Assembly (NCBI RefSeq): GCF_009914755.1
Contig: NC_060928.1
Strand: one strand, 5' to 3'
DNA length: 64,000 bases
Source of the DNA: the human T2T-CHM13v2.0 reference genome, Homo sapiens
The notes under the pieces are model-generated. The model was given only the letters and a program-made list of their open reading frames with translations. It made no database searches and was not told the origin of the DNA. This document shows positions 25,660-41,140 of this stretch, one piece after another (position 1 is the stretch's first letter; the number at the start of each line of letters is the position of its first letter). A program made the position numbers and the translations under genes.

Positions 25660-26112
25660 TAGTTCTTTGTCTTCTTGATCTTGACATTTTTGAATATTAG
25701 AGGCTCATTCCTTTATAGACTGACCCTTGGTTCTGGTTCATCTGATGTTTCGTCATGATTAGACTCTGGTAACTTTTCACATTAACACAGAAATAATGCT
25801 ATGTCCTTTTTTATACTTATTAGTTGACTCTCTAAACAAGAGCTTTTACCTCTCCCCTCATTTGTTTATGTCATCAATTTCTATATCAGTATGGATTTAT
25901 AAATTATTATTTTATTTAATTGGTTATAATTCATTACCATATTTATTTTGATGGTTAAATTCTCCCAATTAGTCCAGTGGGAGCCCATCAAACTGGCCCC
26001 TGTGTCTTTTTGATTCTTTGACAATTCCCCCTACTTTCTGGCTCAACTAGATATTCAGGCCCATGTTGTACTTTCCCTGCCCCAGCCCAAGAATGTAGCC
26101 ATTTCTCCAAGT
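25660..26112 (-). mobile_element. L1MC4/5-like 3' UTR fragment
   Basis: CCAGTGGGAGCCC...GTACTTTCCCTGCCCCAGCCC...AGCCATTTCTCCAAG, characteristic of the L1MC4/5 3' end. Confidence 0.8.
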
Positions 26113-26679
26113 CATGCTCCATATTTTTAAAGGTAACATGTTGACTTGGTGGTTTCCAATATAAAAATAAGCATCAATCTGTTCAGTGCAGAATGGAAAC
26201 ATCACTGGTCAATCTGCAGAAAGTAGCCAGCGAGTGCAGCTTTTTCCATGTGCTCACTTGCAGTCACATTGAAACTGGCTTTGCTTCTGGCCACACACAG
26301 CTGGGCTATGAAAGCCATGGGCAGCTGAAGGTCAGGGAGGAGAAAAGTGAGAACACAGAGATCAGAGTTCCAAAGCAATAATGCAAGATGGTGGCAACAA
26401 GGGCCAGCACACCAGCCAGTCTGCTTGCAGGGCCAAATGTAGCAAAGACTCTTCAGAACCAGTAGAGCTTGCCCAGGAGGTGTGGGTTACTTCCCTGCTT
26501 GTGCCAGGACCAAATTATTTATCACATTCCACTTGTCGGGAAAATTGCATCTGGTTCCATTTTACATATATAATTGCATAGTAATCTGTGACTCATCTAT
26601 GAGAGAGAAAATATTGCTATTTGTTCTTTTCAGAAAGAAAAAATAAAGCATAAAGAAACTTGCATGCAATGCTCAGAAG

Positions 26680-27185
26680 CAAGGGGAGTTTCGAGTTTTG
26701 TAGGGCCTGAAGTCTATAATATTTTATCCTTTAACAATAAAATAACTGTCCGGGCGCAGTGGCTCATGCCTGTAATCCCAGCACTTTGGGAGCCAAGGCG
26801 GGCGGATCACAGGGTTAGGAGATGGAGACCATCTGGTTAACATCGTGAAACCCCATCTCTACTAAAAAATAGAAAAAATCAGCTGGGCATGGTGGCGGGT
26901 GCCTGTAGTCCCAGCTACTCAGGAGGCTGAGGCAGGGGAATGGTATGAACCCAGGAGGCGGAGCTTGCAGTGAGCCGAGACAGGGCCACTGAACTCCAGC
27001 CTGGGTGACAGAGCAAGACTCGGTCTCAAAAAAATAAATAAATAAAATAAAATTACTAATTAAAAAAAAGTAAAGCACGACTATATGAAATTTCTAGGGC
27101 CCCTCGCTGAACCTTGTAAAGGGCTGTGCAAGGGAAGGAACTTGAGGTCAAGTTTCATTAGTCTCATGGAAAAAGTCCTCCTCTG
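26680..27185. mobile_element. hAT-Tip100 non-autonomous relic (MER115/Zaphod-like), interrupted by AluY
   Basis: TTTTGTAGGGCCTGAAG at the left, CTAGGGCCCCTC...GTGCAAGGGAAGG...TTTCATTAG...CCTCTG at the right; 8-bp TSD CTCAGAAG (26672-26679) / CCCAGAAG (27186-27193). Confidence 0.7.
26748..27045 (+). mobile_element. AluY
   Basis: GGCGGAGCTTGCAGTGAGCCGAG and AATGGTATGAACC; TSD AATAAAATAACT / AATAAAATTACT. Confidence 0.9.
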
Positions 27186-27699
27186 CCCAGAAGTAGTTCC
27201 ACCTTCTTGTCATGGACCACTAGGTCCTGCACTGTAGTAGACTATTTCTTCAACGATGCCAGTCAGCCCTTCCACTGTTTTGGGAGAGTCAGATCTTCCA
27301 GGTTCTATTCCAGTAGACAGTACCAACTACATTCCTACTCGGTGGCCTTCAAACTCCACCAATATCTTTCAACATAAAACAGGAAAGCAACCAGAACTCC
27401 CACAAAAGCTTGGGAGCAACCTGTTTGGCAGAGGAGTAGAGTCTTGTTGGGTGTTTGTAAGCTAACTTCACCTGTGCACAAATGCCAGTTTGTCTACCCA
27501 AGTGAAGTGACCCTGCAGCTAGGATACCTAGAACTGCTCTAATCAAAGTCCATCCAAAGTCACAGGCACAGTTTGGAACAGGACCTAGAAACTCAGGCTG
27601 ACAGGTGTAAGCAATGCTGCTCTCCAGGCAGGGAGAAACCCACATACTGAGTCTTACTTTCATGTTCTCAGTATCTGCTCCCACCCCGTTTTACCCCAT

Positions 27700-28130
27700 C
27701 CTGGGCTTCACACTCAGTGAACCCAGTCACCATTCACTGAACTCATTTTCCCACCTTCGTGCTACTGATCATGCTGTTTCCTATGCCTTTAAAGTCCTTC
27801 CCATCTTCTCTGGGTAGAAAAATGCTGCTAATTCCTCAAGGCAGATCAGATGCCAACTCCCTGTGCAGTCTTCCCTGCACTCTCTGCCCTGCGAAATATG
27901 CCCCTTCCCTGCTCCCTCCACCCTATGAAAGTAGAATAAAATCATTCCAACTTCTGTGTGCCAATCATACTTTTGTGTAAGTCTGTTATAGCTCTTATCA
28001 CATCACGCTGTGGAATGATGTGGAGAAATCTCACCAGCTACTTTACCTGTATCTGTGCTGTTCCTTGAATTTCCTGCAATCTCAACAGTACCTGGCACAG
28101 AGGGGCTTGAAAAAATGTTTGCTGAATTAA
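27700..28130 (+). mobile_element. L2 relic
   Basis: Ends ACAGTACCTGGCACAGAGG...AAATGTTTGCTGAATTAA. Confidence 0.6.
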
Positions 28131-28379
28131 AGACTGTAGCCAAAAGGCAAGTGTTCTTTTTCCTTTCACTTAAGTAGAAGCTTATCTTAATTAAAATAAA
28201 ACTACAATATTATTGGGTTTTTAAATTACGTAGCTGTATATAGCTGCATATAATTGCAGTGCAATCAAACCTCTGATATTTTTAGGCAACTCTTTCTCTT
28301 GAAACCCTCCGTACCTTTGACTAAGTATCAATGTATTTCTCCCCAATAAGCCGGGTGTATACACGTATGTCTTTTAAGA

Positions 28380-28690
28380 AACTTTGGATTGTTCAAAATT
28401 TCAAACATACAAGCGTTGCCAGAATGTAATAAATTGCCAGCGACCAGTTTCAACTCATGGCCTATCTTGTTTCATCCATACCCCAAACCCACATTCCCTT
28501 TCCATATTATAGAAAACACATGCCAGAACTTATATCTGTGAATACTGTGGAGTGTACCTTTAAAAGTTATGGCCTATTTTCAACAATATAGCCATAATAC
28601 CATTATCACATCTAAAACATATTTAATAATAATCCCTAATATCATCAAATATTGAATGAGTGTTAAAATTTACAGTTGCCCCAATTCTTT
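28380..28690 (-). mobile_element. L1ME-type 3' fragment
   Basis: AAAATTTCAAACATACA...TCTTGTTTCATCCATACCCC...CCATAATACCATTATCACATCTAA...CTAATATCATCAAATATT. Confidence 0.7.
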
Positions 28691-31291
28691 TGCACTAAGA
28701 TGTTCAACAGTAAAAGTACATTATAACTTCATTCAACTCATAAACAAATTGCCCTATTTAAATAAAAGCTCTGAATTCATATCCTATAGAACCATAACAT
28801 TCCTCAGGACAAGACACATGAAGTCTCATTTTAATACAATGCCCTAATTATGCTGCTGAAGTTTTATTAAACATTTGTCCTATGGAGATATGTAAAATAA
28901 TTTGTTTTCAGTTCATTACCTTTCTACTCAAAGATTTTATCCCATAAAAACTTCCATATGAGTTAGCACTATTTTTGAGTTATTCATAGCTCATAACAAT
29001 ACATTTTATTTTTAAGTCTTAAATTACTTCTTTCTCTTCCTCCTGAAACTCAAGTGCTCACTCTCAATTAACACAAATGCTTTCACTCTCAATTTTCACT
29101 TCTAAAATAAAACTATGGCTAGAAAGAAACTGCTCTCAATGAGCAATTCATAAACAAATGAAATATGCAAAGCCACAAATATCCCTTATAATTTTTATGT
29201 GGTCATGCAAATTAATGCATAAGAGTAAATATTTTCATCCACAATAACACAAATTAATGAGTGCAGGAGACTAACACCAAGACTGATCTGGGAGGTGATC
29301 AGTGCCTTCAGCAGACCCCAGGACTACAGATATTCAGAAGCAAGTGAGAGACTTAAGAGCAGGTACATAAGTTCATTTTTTGGTGACTCTGGACACATAC
29401 AAAACATTCCTTAATCTGGAATTGGAAACAGGTACATAAAGAGCAAAAAGCAAGTGTACTCAATTTATCCAATTGACATGTCTCTGCAAAACATTTGTAG
29501 GGCAAAATCTTACCATTAGATGAATATTAAGGTCAAATTTTTGTGAAATTAAGATTCTTTTTTATAATGTAAAAATCATTCTTTTTCAATTAGGTTTGAA
29601 TATAAAAAGTTTTCCCACCAAATACAAAGAAACTGAAAATGAAAATGTCTATTTAAATATAGAAAATATTTACTAATTCACACTAGTGGAAGGTGACATG
29701 GAATAATAGAAAATTGGAATTACTTTTAAGTATATACAAATATATAGAGTACATATATTTGCCAAATAAATGTCCTTTAAGATCCTTTAGTTGGTAATTT
29801 TATTTGCAATTATTTCATTGTTTCCCTTTTTTAAAAAAGATTATTCTAAATAAAAGTAGTTTATCTTGCTGAATAGGTTAAATGTCCTTCCCATGCCTGC
29901 TTTATTTACTATTAGTCTGTTTACAAGCACTCCTTCATATAAGGCAAAAAGCCTTATGACAATACCACAAATTATTAACATCTGGGCTCAAATTAATCAA
30001 GTTATACTGTGTTCTTAAATTTCTGAATTCTTTACCTTTTTTCATGTGTTCATGTGTTCAAAACAACTCTATAATATCCAGGGCCCCCAGGGAATCAGCT
30101 CCTATTCAGGAAGATCCTTACTCAAAACTAGCCCTCCTGAAAATGACACCTATATAGAGAACATTTCTCTTGCATGTTCAGGGCTATTGCCAATCACCAG
30201 AAACCAAGACGGTGTCTATTCTACTTCAGTAAAAGGACAGGGAGGCTGACAAAGAAATACAAAAGAGAACACAAGTCACGTGGAGCCAACTGCCTGGATT
30301 CAATTCCTTCAGAAAGTCACGTTAGAGACTGCCACTCTAACCTCTAACCCCACTGCTTCAAAAGTTGCCATTCCCTCCATCCTCCACAGCTCTGGCCACA
30401 TCCAGACGAAACCATTAAGGCTGGTGTATACCCTACAGGGCAGGAAGTGAATCATGCTTCACTCAACTGAAATGGCAGCAGGTTTTTAGAAAGCTAAACA
30501 CAGTCAACCCAAATGAATGGTAACACTTACCTTGTAAAGATGTGACTAGGGATTGTTATTGATGACAAAAGATCAGCACTTGGGTTTCCATCTCCCTTCA
30601 CAGATGAGATTTTTTTAAAAGCATAGGGCACTTTACATACAGACACAGAGTATAGCTATGGAGATCACCTTCTGTAATACTAGCACTCAGAGTGTTCTCA
30701 CTATTAACCCAGGACCTCCACTCATGTTAGATCTCTAGCTTGCAGAACATGCTGAGTTCCAGACTTGGACTGTCTTTCCTCTTCCACAGCAGAATTTAAA
30801 AAGCTCTATTTCCTCTTCCTTAGAAAAATTTTAAAGTTCTCAAAATGGGGATTTCTCTAGTCTCTTCCTTTTACCCTTAGTGTGATCTGGGGTGATTTTT
30901 AGGGTCTTATTACAAGCAAAATCCTAATTATGGGGAAAGCCATTATCTGGCATCTTATTTACTATAACCCAAAGCAAATGTTTGGGGTTCCTAATTATAT
31001 TGATCCAAATATCTCCCTCGTATTTTCTTACACACTTACTATTCTCTTTCAAGTAAGACTTTTAAAAGCTGTTTCTAAATTTACACTTTTACTTGGTGCT
31101 GCTGACCACATTAAAACCTAACTTCCAAAAATAAGTTAAACTTTAATGTGGTTTTATGTTTTTAAGCATACTCTAACTATAAAACTTTAAAAGTATGACT
31201 TACAGAATATTTATTTCCTTAAGAAAATATACAAATGCTTAATCAGAGACAAAGCAAGGGATTCCAAATCAGTTTTTTATACTGCAAAATA

Positions 31292-31360
31292 TTGCAGTGA
31301 GCCATGATTGCACCACTGCATTCTAGCCTGGGTGACAGAGCGAGACCCTGTCTAAAAAAA
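31292..31360 (+). mobile_element. Severely 5'-truncated Alu
   Basis: TTGCAGTGAGCCATGATTGCACCACTGCATTCTAGCCTGGGTGACAGAGCGAGACCCTGTCT + A tail. Confidence 0.9.
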
Positions 31361-31442
31361 TATATAAATATATATGTATGTATGTATGTGTATACAGGTA
31401 TATATATATATATATACACATATATACGTATGTGTATATATA
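31361..31442. repeat. (TA/TATG)n microsatellite from the Alu tail
   Basis: Read directly. Confidence 0.9.
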
Positions 31443-31959
31443 ATCTCAAAATTATTAATAGAGAATAGAAAAATTGATCTAATCTGATGCCACCTTCCAA
31501 GTCTCATAAAAATACAAATAAAATGTTTCTAAATTATAGGTATATCCTTAATAAAATTACAAAAACATGAGATTATCAAAGGAGCCCAACAGTTTCTCTA
31601 AGCACATCAGACAATATCAGAAGTCAATAGTTCAGATTAAGAAGGAAAGATTAATCTAGTAATTCTAAGGGTAATTTGTGTTACACATTTTTAAGGATTT
31701 TCACAGATAACCACGCATGGTAATATATGCAAATACACAAAAGAAATAAAACCTTAAAAGAACACACTAAATTTATTTTTTTTAATCTTCTAAAATGAGA
31801 ATCATGACACCCACAGCCGGCATTTCTTCAGAGCCTACAGCTAGACAACCACCACAAAAAATGTTCTCTCTGATATCAGCTACAACCAACCCCCAGGTTA
31901 AAATATTTGTGGGTTTGTTTTTTTTTTTTCCCTACCGTGTTCAATCTTTTAAAAATTAA

Positions 31960-32200
31960 TAGTCCTGAGTGCAGTCTTCTGGAACCAGAATGCCTGGGTC
32001 CAAACCACAGCCCTACCGTGTACTAGCTGTATGACTTTTATCCAGTCACTTAGCCTCTCTGCGCCTCAGTTTCTTCATCTGTATATATATATACACCTAT
32101 CTCATTAGGTTGAAGATTAAATGATCTAATAAGCATGAAATGCTTAGTACAGTGTAGTACATAGTAAGTAGCATATAAGTATTAGCTAATAATAATAATA
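31960..32200 (+). mobile_element. MIR, near full length
   Basis: CAGTCACTTAGCCTCTCTGCGCCTCAGTTTCTTCATCTGT...GAAGATTAAATGA...ATGCTTAGTACAGTG. Confidence 0.9.
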
Positions 32201-32315
32201 AACAATGAAAATGAGGATGAGGTAGCAGAACCATAACCTTGACTACCTTTGTGGAACCTCTATTCCAGGGTGAAAATACAGATACCAAGAGTATATAACA
32301 TTGAAAATATTTTGG

Positions 32316-32443
32316 GGCCTGGTGTGGTGGCTCACACCTGTAATCCTAGCACTTTGGGAGGCGAAGGCAGGAGGACTGCTTGAGCCTAGGAGTTCAAGAC
32401 CAGCCTGGGCAACATGGTGAGATCCTATCTCAAATTTAAAAAT
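32316..32443 (+). mobile_element. FLAM-C-like Alu monomer
   Basis: Left monomer only; TSD ATATTTTGG on both sides. Confidence 0.85.
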
Positions 32444-33233
32444 ATATATTTTGGAAAGCCTCGATTCATGCCTCTGGTCAATATTCATAAAGTATTATGG
32501 CCCATTGGAAACGATCATGCTGTAGCAGGGAAAGAGAGCCTAACATTCTCTCCGATTGCAAAAATAACATGCGTAAGAGCCACTTCTGATCAAGTAACCC
32601 AAGTTGATTAGATTCTGTTCACCTCCCCCACACAAGGCCTCTGACGGCACACACAGAATGGATGCAGCATCCTACATTCTAAGTGTAATCATTCAAACCA
32701 ACCTAATCATTTTTTTGACAAAGGATTTGGGAAATTAATGTAGGCTTGATAGCCAGGGGAATGGTAGTAAGCAGCAGCTTCAGTCAAAGCTAGCTTCAAT
32801 ACATACATTAACAGGCAAGGGGTATGGTGGCATTCCCCAGAGAATTCAAGGCAAAAGTCAGGTGTGGTATATGGGCGTTTTCAGAATTCACCCCGATAAG
32901 GTCAACCTCAAGATCTTATTCTCACTTCCAATCTCACACAATAGAAAAACCTATTCAGTTTCCACTACATAACCCTTCCTAGAGACCACTTTAAAAGATG
33001 TTACTGTAGTCCACAATTTTTAATAGGTGCGCTTGAAATGGCATTGTAACCATTTGCCCACTCACTTCAGGAGGCATGAAAGGAACCCAGATTCAGCCAT
33101 TAAAGTCTTACATTAGACAGAAATCAACTTAATTTAACTAACCTAGTACCTTCCTAGATATACTTTTCTTACCTTTCTTTCTCACATCTCATGACCAATT
33201 TGCAGATATGCACTGCTGGTTTAGTGTACCTAA

Positions 33234-33548
<315 letters not shown>

Positions 33549-33708
33549 TGAAGACAGGATCTCTTATGTGGTCAAACATCTCTCAATCTCTCTATTTAGT
33601 CAACTACTATTAGCTATTCTAGAGAGGAAAATTAGTAATTATTGTGGGCTTGAAAAGAGAGTTCCAATCACAATCAAGTTTGTCTCCTGAGGTTAAAAGC
33701 TAACCAAA

Positions 33709-34073
<365 letters not shown>

Positions 34074-35496
34074 TTAAATTACAGGTTACTACTGATACCA
34101 TATACAAAAAGCTAGATGATGTCTTATAAAAGTAGTTATTAACCAAAGACAAATTAACAAAACCTTTGGTTAAAAGGCTTCGTATCATTCTTGATATGAT
34201 ATCATTTCTGTTTCTCTATTTCCTTATTGGTACATGAAACTGCAAATGTGCCTGATGTAGATTAATATTTTAAGGGTATCCAATCGTTAGGCATCATGCC
34301 TCCACATTAATCTTTTGCATTTTGTTGCATATAATCCTTTTCCCACAGTTCTAATTTTAGATATAGTTAGTCCATCAGAATTAATCTTTTCCCATATAAA
34401 GACTGGTCACAGCTAAGATCGAATAGTTTCTCCTTAATCTTTTTTTTTCCTCATAGAGAAACATATGGATTATTTTATTAACTGGTCTTTTTACTCTCTT
34501 TTCATTTTGAAATTACAAACAGATAGGGAAAAGGTGTCCTTCACTGCTTGTTCCCAGAGCTAAAGCACTGCAGTAACGTTCGGTTCACAACTCAATAGCA
34601 TCCTTGGGAATGGGTTACATTGTGGCAATCTTTATCCATTATTAAAAATACACACAGTGGTTTTATGGAAAATGTACTTCTACTATCAACAAAAATCTTT
34701 TGGGCTAAACACCGAATCCACACTGAGGGACAGACTTAACTTTAAGCTTCTAATATAGCCTGCACTTTTCTAAGTTTACAGAAGAGTTGTTTCACTGAAA
34801 ATTCTGCCAGTGGATATGCTGCAAAGAGAAATAGCAAAAAGCAAAGTCATTTTCATTTGGACGCATAAAACTATGATGAACTCAGGCTCAATTTCTTGGC
34901 TTCTTAAAGCTTTGGGATTGTTTTTATCTTGCACAGTGGTATCCGAAGCAGAGACATTTAGCTATTCCTAATTGTGCCAAATAGATACAAATATTAATAT
35001 TTCACTGGCACTTACCATGGCCAAGGTGAAATTTAAAATGTTAAATACTCCTTATTTTCCAATAAATAATGCACTCTTGGAAGCCTTAGAAGACTATCCC
35101 AGCAACTTTACGACATAGCACGTCCTTCCCTTGATTCTAATAGTAAACAAGTTCCAAGGTTCTTCTACAATCAATTTCTACAATCAATCAGAAATGTTCT
35201 TTGGCTGGCAATCATGACTAAAGCACCACTTTGAAAGGGAAAAAGAGGTGTTAGGCTGTGTAGACTCAAAGTAGAGAGAAAGCCTTCATTGTTATATACT
35301 AGCCACTGATTTAGCCTACGCTGATACTCAATATGGCAAAGCAAAAACTAGAGTTTTACAGACATACTTTGTTAACTGGCTTTAATCCCTCAAAGTGATA
35401 TCTAAGTCAAATTTTAAAGACCAAGACAAAATTTAAATATACTAGAGGTATTTATACTTAAAAGGTACTGAAGGGAACTATTTATCTAAAGAAAAT

Positions 35497-35950
35497 GTTA
35501 AACCCCAATTTCATAGCACATGCCACTGCTCAATAGTGCATGATATGGTTTGGCTGTGTCCCAACCCAAATTTCATCTTGAACTGTAGTTCCCATGATCC
35601 CCACGTGTCATGGGAGGGACCCAGTGGGGGGTAACTGAATCATGGGGCAGTTACCTCCATGCTGTTCTTGTGATAGTGAGTTCTCACGAGATCTGATGGT
35701 TTTATAAGGTGCTTTCCCCCAACTTCACTCTGCACTTCTCCTTGCTGCCCCCATTTGAAGAAGGCTGTGTTTGCTTCTCCTTCCGCCATGATTGTAAGTT
35801 TCCTGAGGCCTCCCCAGCCATTTGGAACTGCGAGTCGATTAAATCTCTTTCCTTTATGAATTACTCAAGTCTTGAGGCTAATACAGTGCAATTTTGAGTG
35901 ATTTTTTTTGAATACTTATTTTTTAAAGTAGGTGAGAAATTGATTCTTCT
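35497..35950 (+). repeat. Copy A of a ~105-bp direct duplication (split by the THE1 LTR)
   Basis: 35497-35540 plus 35891-35950 align to 37114-37218. Confidence 0.9.
35541..35885 (+). mobile_element. THE1 (THE1C-like) MaLR solo LTR
   Basis: TGATATGGTTTGGCTGTGTCCC...CTAATACA; perfect 5-bp TSD GTGCA (35536-35540, 35886-35890); ATTAAA at 35838; short deletion near the 3' end. Confidence 0.95.
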
Positions 35951-35961
35951 CACAGGAATAA

Positions 35962-36238
<277 letters not shown>

Positions 36239-36264
36239 CAAGTCCATTTTATAAAACCATTTTG

Positions 36265-36605
<341 letters not shown>

Positions 36606-37113
36606 TCACACCAATAGTTAACTTGAAGTAAATATCTTTAAGGACTTCAAATACTTAAGAGTTTTTAACCTGCTGGTAAGGTCTGAGCTTTCCTGAAATA
36701 CTTTTCTTACTATCTCATCCTATTTCCTACTCTCTACTCCAATCTCTCCTATTCTCTAGTAAACCAATATGGCCATGATACTCAAAATCAGACAAAAATA
36801 GAAATTCTGAGCATTTCAAACTTCTTCTAGGTAAAGCTCTGCGGTTTTTTTTTTTTTTTTTGCTCTGTAGCTTTTTAAAGATACAGCTACAATCAACAAA
36901 GGACTGGCACATTTCAGACCACAGCTACTTTTCTACTACAATGTGACTTCATATTTATTTAGTCCTATCCTGTCCCAAACAAGGTTTGTTAAGACAGCTT
37001 ACAAAAATACACACAGAATAAACCATAAAATTATTTATAAGGGATTGACAATTTTGGAAAAAGGAAAAAGGTACATTTATGTTTATATTCACATAATTAT
37101 AAAGGTCTAAAAA

Positions 37114-37218
37114 GTTAAACCCCAACTTCATAGTACATGTCACTACTGAATAGTATAATTGTGAGTACTTTTTTTTTAAAGATGTACTTTTACAAGTAGG
37201 TGAGAAATTGATTATTCT
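37114..37218 (+). repeat. Copy B (uninterrupted) of the ~105-bp direct duplication
   Basis: 37/44 identity to 35497-35540; exact 20-mer AAGTAGGTGAGAAATTGATT shared (35926-35945 and 37194-37213). Confidence 0.9.
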
Positions 37219-39038
37219 AAGATGTCAAGGTGGGTGAACTTCTTGAATATATTTTCCTATTTTCTCTTTCTCTCTTTCAAATGTAACTTTCATTAGGTCT
37301 TCTGTTTTCTGGTTCCTAAGTCTGATCCGTCCAGAGGGATGTCATTTCGAGCCACAGAAAAAAAGTACAGCCTACCCCATCAGAAGACTCACATCTGAAG
37401 TCCATTATTGTTCCCCACCACTTAGATCTGAATAAGATAAAACATTTAAGGAGCAAAAGTTTTTAAATTCTATTGTGAGGGGGCCAACATCTTTCAAAGA
37501 TGGTTGATTTCTTTTTGTGTAGGCAGGTGCTGCATAGACTCTGAATAATAAAATGAAGTTGGGGAGGTAAGAAAGAACTCATTCATAATAAAAAGGATAA
37601 AGGTGCAGGGAAAAACCCTACACCTTTGTAAGGCTTCTGAGGTGGTGCGAGGTGAGACCTTTTCTTAGGCAGCTTCACAACAAATAACACTGTTTTTGCA
37701 TCGTATTTCACAATGAACCCCAAAGCGACTAAGGCTTGAAATGAAAATCCCTTGTTTTATTCCAGTTTTTAGGAAAAACCCAGAGTTCTCCCCTAGAATT
37801 TCCAAACATATATCAGTAACCACTTACTAGCTTTCTCTCTTCTCAGACTTCTACCTTGAGTAGTCAAAATGCCTTACCTAACCTTGCCCTTTTCTCTGAC
37901 GTTTTTAACAATCACACGTTCTGCCCTTCCTCTCCAGTTTCCTTGAGGCTTCTTGAACATCTAGTCTCAATCCACCACACTACGCACACTGTCGTGTCTA
38001 TGTTAGCACCTTGAAATCTGTGCATAGAAAGCTGAAAATGATGGCTACTCTGAAACATTGCCCAAGATACAACCTTCTTGATTAGCTCCTCAATATGCCC
38101 AAGACAGAGCCATACTGACTTATTTCGTGGCTCTTAGCTGGTGCCTAATGCAGTGAAAACCCCTTTTAAACAGCACTGACTAGGTATGGCTGGGAGAGTT
38201 TCTAGGAGGGAAACACGCTCAGACATCTCCAAGTTTTCTCGTAATTTGGGAAAATATAACCATTAGGAAGTCTTCTCTTAAGCGTCTGGAGACCTTGCAC
38301 AAGTTACCCCCAAAAGCACAATAAAATCTAGGTGAAAGAATAGAAGAAATCAAAAGCTATCACAAAATAGAGGCCTAAGCACCTCTTTAAAAAGCAGGAA
38401 CAGCTAGAAAAGTAGATTTAGCATTTGGACATTCAGGGTTTACCAGACCTATTTGCAATACTAATTAGTCTTAAGTTGGCCCTCCTTTGCAGTCCTTTAG
38501 CTGGTAAACTGCTAGAAAACATGGATTACACCTTGTTATTAATATAGAAAAGCCCTGGTGCAGGTGGCAGAGCCATGAGCAACCTGAATGCCATGATTAG
38601 GGTCATGACGAGAGCAATTCCAGTATCTGAAACTCACACAGAAGCAAGCCTCACAGGCAAATACCCAGATGATAGAGGCCCTATATCCAATGCCAAGAGT
38701 CAGATGCTACAGCGCAGAAGCAACAAATTCTTCCAAAAGAAATGATTCATACAAATTAATTGTTTTCTAATGTCCTTTAATTATAATTAAAGAGTTTGAG
38801 CATCGACTTTGGTTTTTTAATTAAGCCCAACTTTAGCTTATTTTTCTATATTCTGAAATTTAGACATTCAATTCATGTATGTTCTATTAAAAGACATGTC
38901 AACTTATATCAGAATATAAATTAATATTAACACATATAAATGATATATACTGAATAAAAGAACATTTTAAAATAAAAGCTACTCAAATGTGTATAATATG
39001 AAACAATGAAGAATTCACCACAAAAAGTAATTTATTGG

Positions 39039-39190
39039 AGCCAGGTGCAGTGGTACATGCCTGTAGTCCCAGCTACTTGGGAGGCTGAGGCAGGAGGATT
39101 GCTTGAGCCCAGGAGTTTGAGGCCAGCCTGGAAGCACAGCAAGACATTGTCTCTAATTTTCTTTAAAACTCACTTTTAATTTAAAAACTT
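39039..39190 (+). mobile_element. FLAM-A-like Alu monomer
   Basis: GCCTGTAGTCCCAGCTACTTGGGAGG...GAGTTTGAGGCCAGCCTGG; flanking AAAAAGTAATTT at 39022 and 39193. Confidence 0.8.
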
Positions 39191-39328
39191 TAAAAAAGTA
39201 ATTTCAAAAAAATAAAGACGTTTAAAAATGTATTGGTCATCACATGACTTTATTCTTATTTGTCCTTTGCAAGAATCCAGATTATATGACACATATATAC
39301 TTACTCATGCACAAGGCAAACTGACTGA

Positions 39329-39511
<183 letters not shown>

Positions 39512-39526
39512 TAAGGTACAGGTGTT

Positions 39527-39828
<302 letters not shown>

Positions 39829-40099
39829 AAGGTACAGGTGTTAAAGAGGCAATACCATTATTCCATTTAATGGACCCTCTTTTAAAAGAGTAATAATAAT
39901 AATAAAGGACTGTAATAAGCATTGTTTAAAAAAAAAAAAAAAAAAAGGAAGCCACACATATTCAAGGCATTCCAACCCCCAAAAGGTTTACCAACTACTT
40001 GAAAGGGGCCCCTCTTAAATGTGAGGTCTCTTCCCTCATACACATGCCGTTTCTTCCTTAGTCAAGTCAGCCCCTCCTCTTCCATACGTTTCATCCACT

Positions 40100-41140
40100 G
40101 CCTCTACTGACACCATCCTATTGTAAACCCTCTAACAAAAAGCCAGGAGCTTCCAGTTGCCAAATCCCAGGAGACTGGTCCTTATCTCGCTGCATGTGAT
40201 TATGCTGACTATATTCTCCTTAGTGTTTACTACACCACTCTCCTGGTGCTCCTCGCCAACTGGACTGTTCCTTTTTCATCTCCTTTGAAGGATCGCCTCC
40301 TTCAGAAATACACTGAATCTTGTGTTTCCCAAAGTTCCTGCCATTGTTCTTCTCTTTTCCTGCTATACGTGCTTTGCCAATTTCATCCACTCTGAAATTT
40401 CAGCCATCTGCAATGTCTATACCCGCAACCCAGACCTCTGGCTAAACTCTAGTCCTATACATCCAAATGACTACCAGACATCCCTTCAGAATGGACCATA
40501 AATACACCCATTAAACGTCGCATGTCCAAAACCAAACATCTTCCCTCCAAAACCTAAATTGGCTAGTAACACCATTTTCCAAGCCAGAAAACTGGAAGTC
40601 ATCCCTGATTTCTCTCAGTCCCCCCTGTCTACTCAATGGACTCCTTAATATATTTTGAAAATGGTCTCCTATCTCCATCTCTACCCACTACTCACCTACT
40701 TGAAGCCCTTCAACATCTTCTGCTGAGTATTCTGTAACATCTTCACCGACCTCCCTCCACCCAGTCTTGGTCTCAAACCTATCTTTCGTATGGTCATGAT
40801 GACATCACACCCTCGTTTATAATCCTTTGATAGTTTCTCTTCTCCTATGTCATAGGGCTTATGCTTCTGAGCGTGGCAGATAAGGCCCTCCACGTCCTAA
40901 TGCCTTGCCTCTCTCACCAGCCTCTTCTTCCACCACTTTACGTCCTGAGCTTTCTGTTTCAACAGCACCAAAACACTCATGATTCCCTGCTCATGCCCTG
41001 TGTTTTGTACCTTCATCCTCCATCCATGGAGCCCTCAGGTTCTTGCAGGGGAGGGGCAGTAAACCAGATGGTTGTCACTTCAATGTTTAGCCCAGCATCT
41101 GGCTCCTAAGCGGTGCCATGTGGCCAGTCAGTGATAAATG
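40100..41140 (+). mobile_element. L2 relic (~1 kb)
   Basis: ATCCAAATGACTACCAGACATCCC...CATGTCCAAAACCAAAC...CCAAGCCAGAAAACTGGAAGTCATCCCTGA. Confidence 0.75.

Noticed and set aside
31281-31298. 7-bp hairpin ACTGCAA-AATA-TTGCAGT at the 5' junction of a truncated Alu
   Set aside because: Too short to separate from chance, and the TSD is ambiguous.
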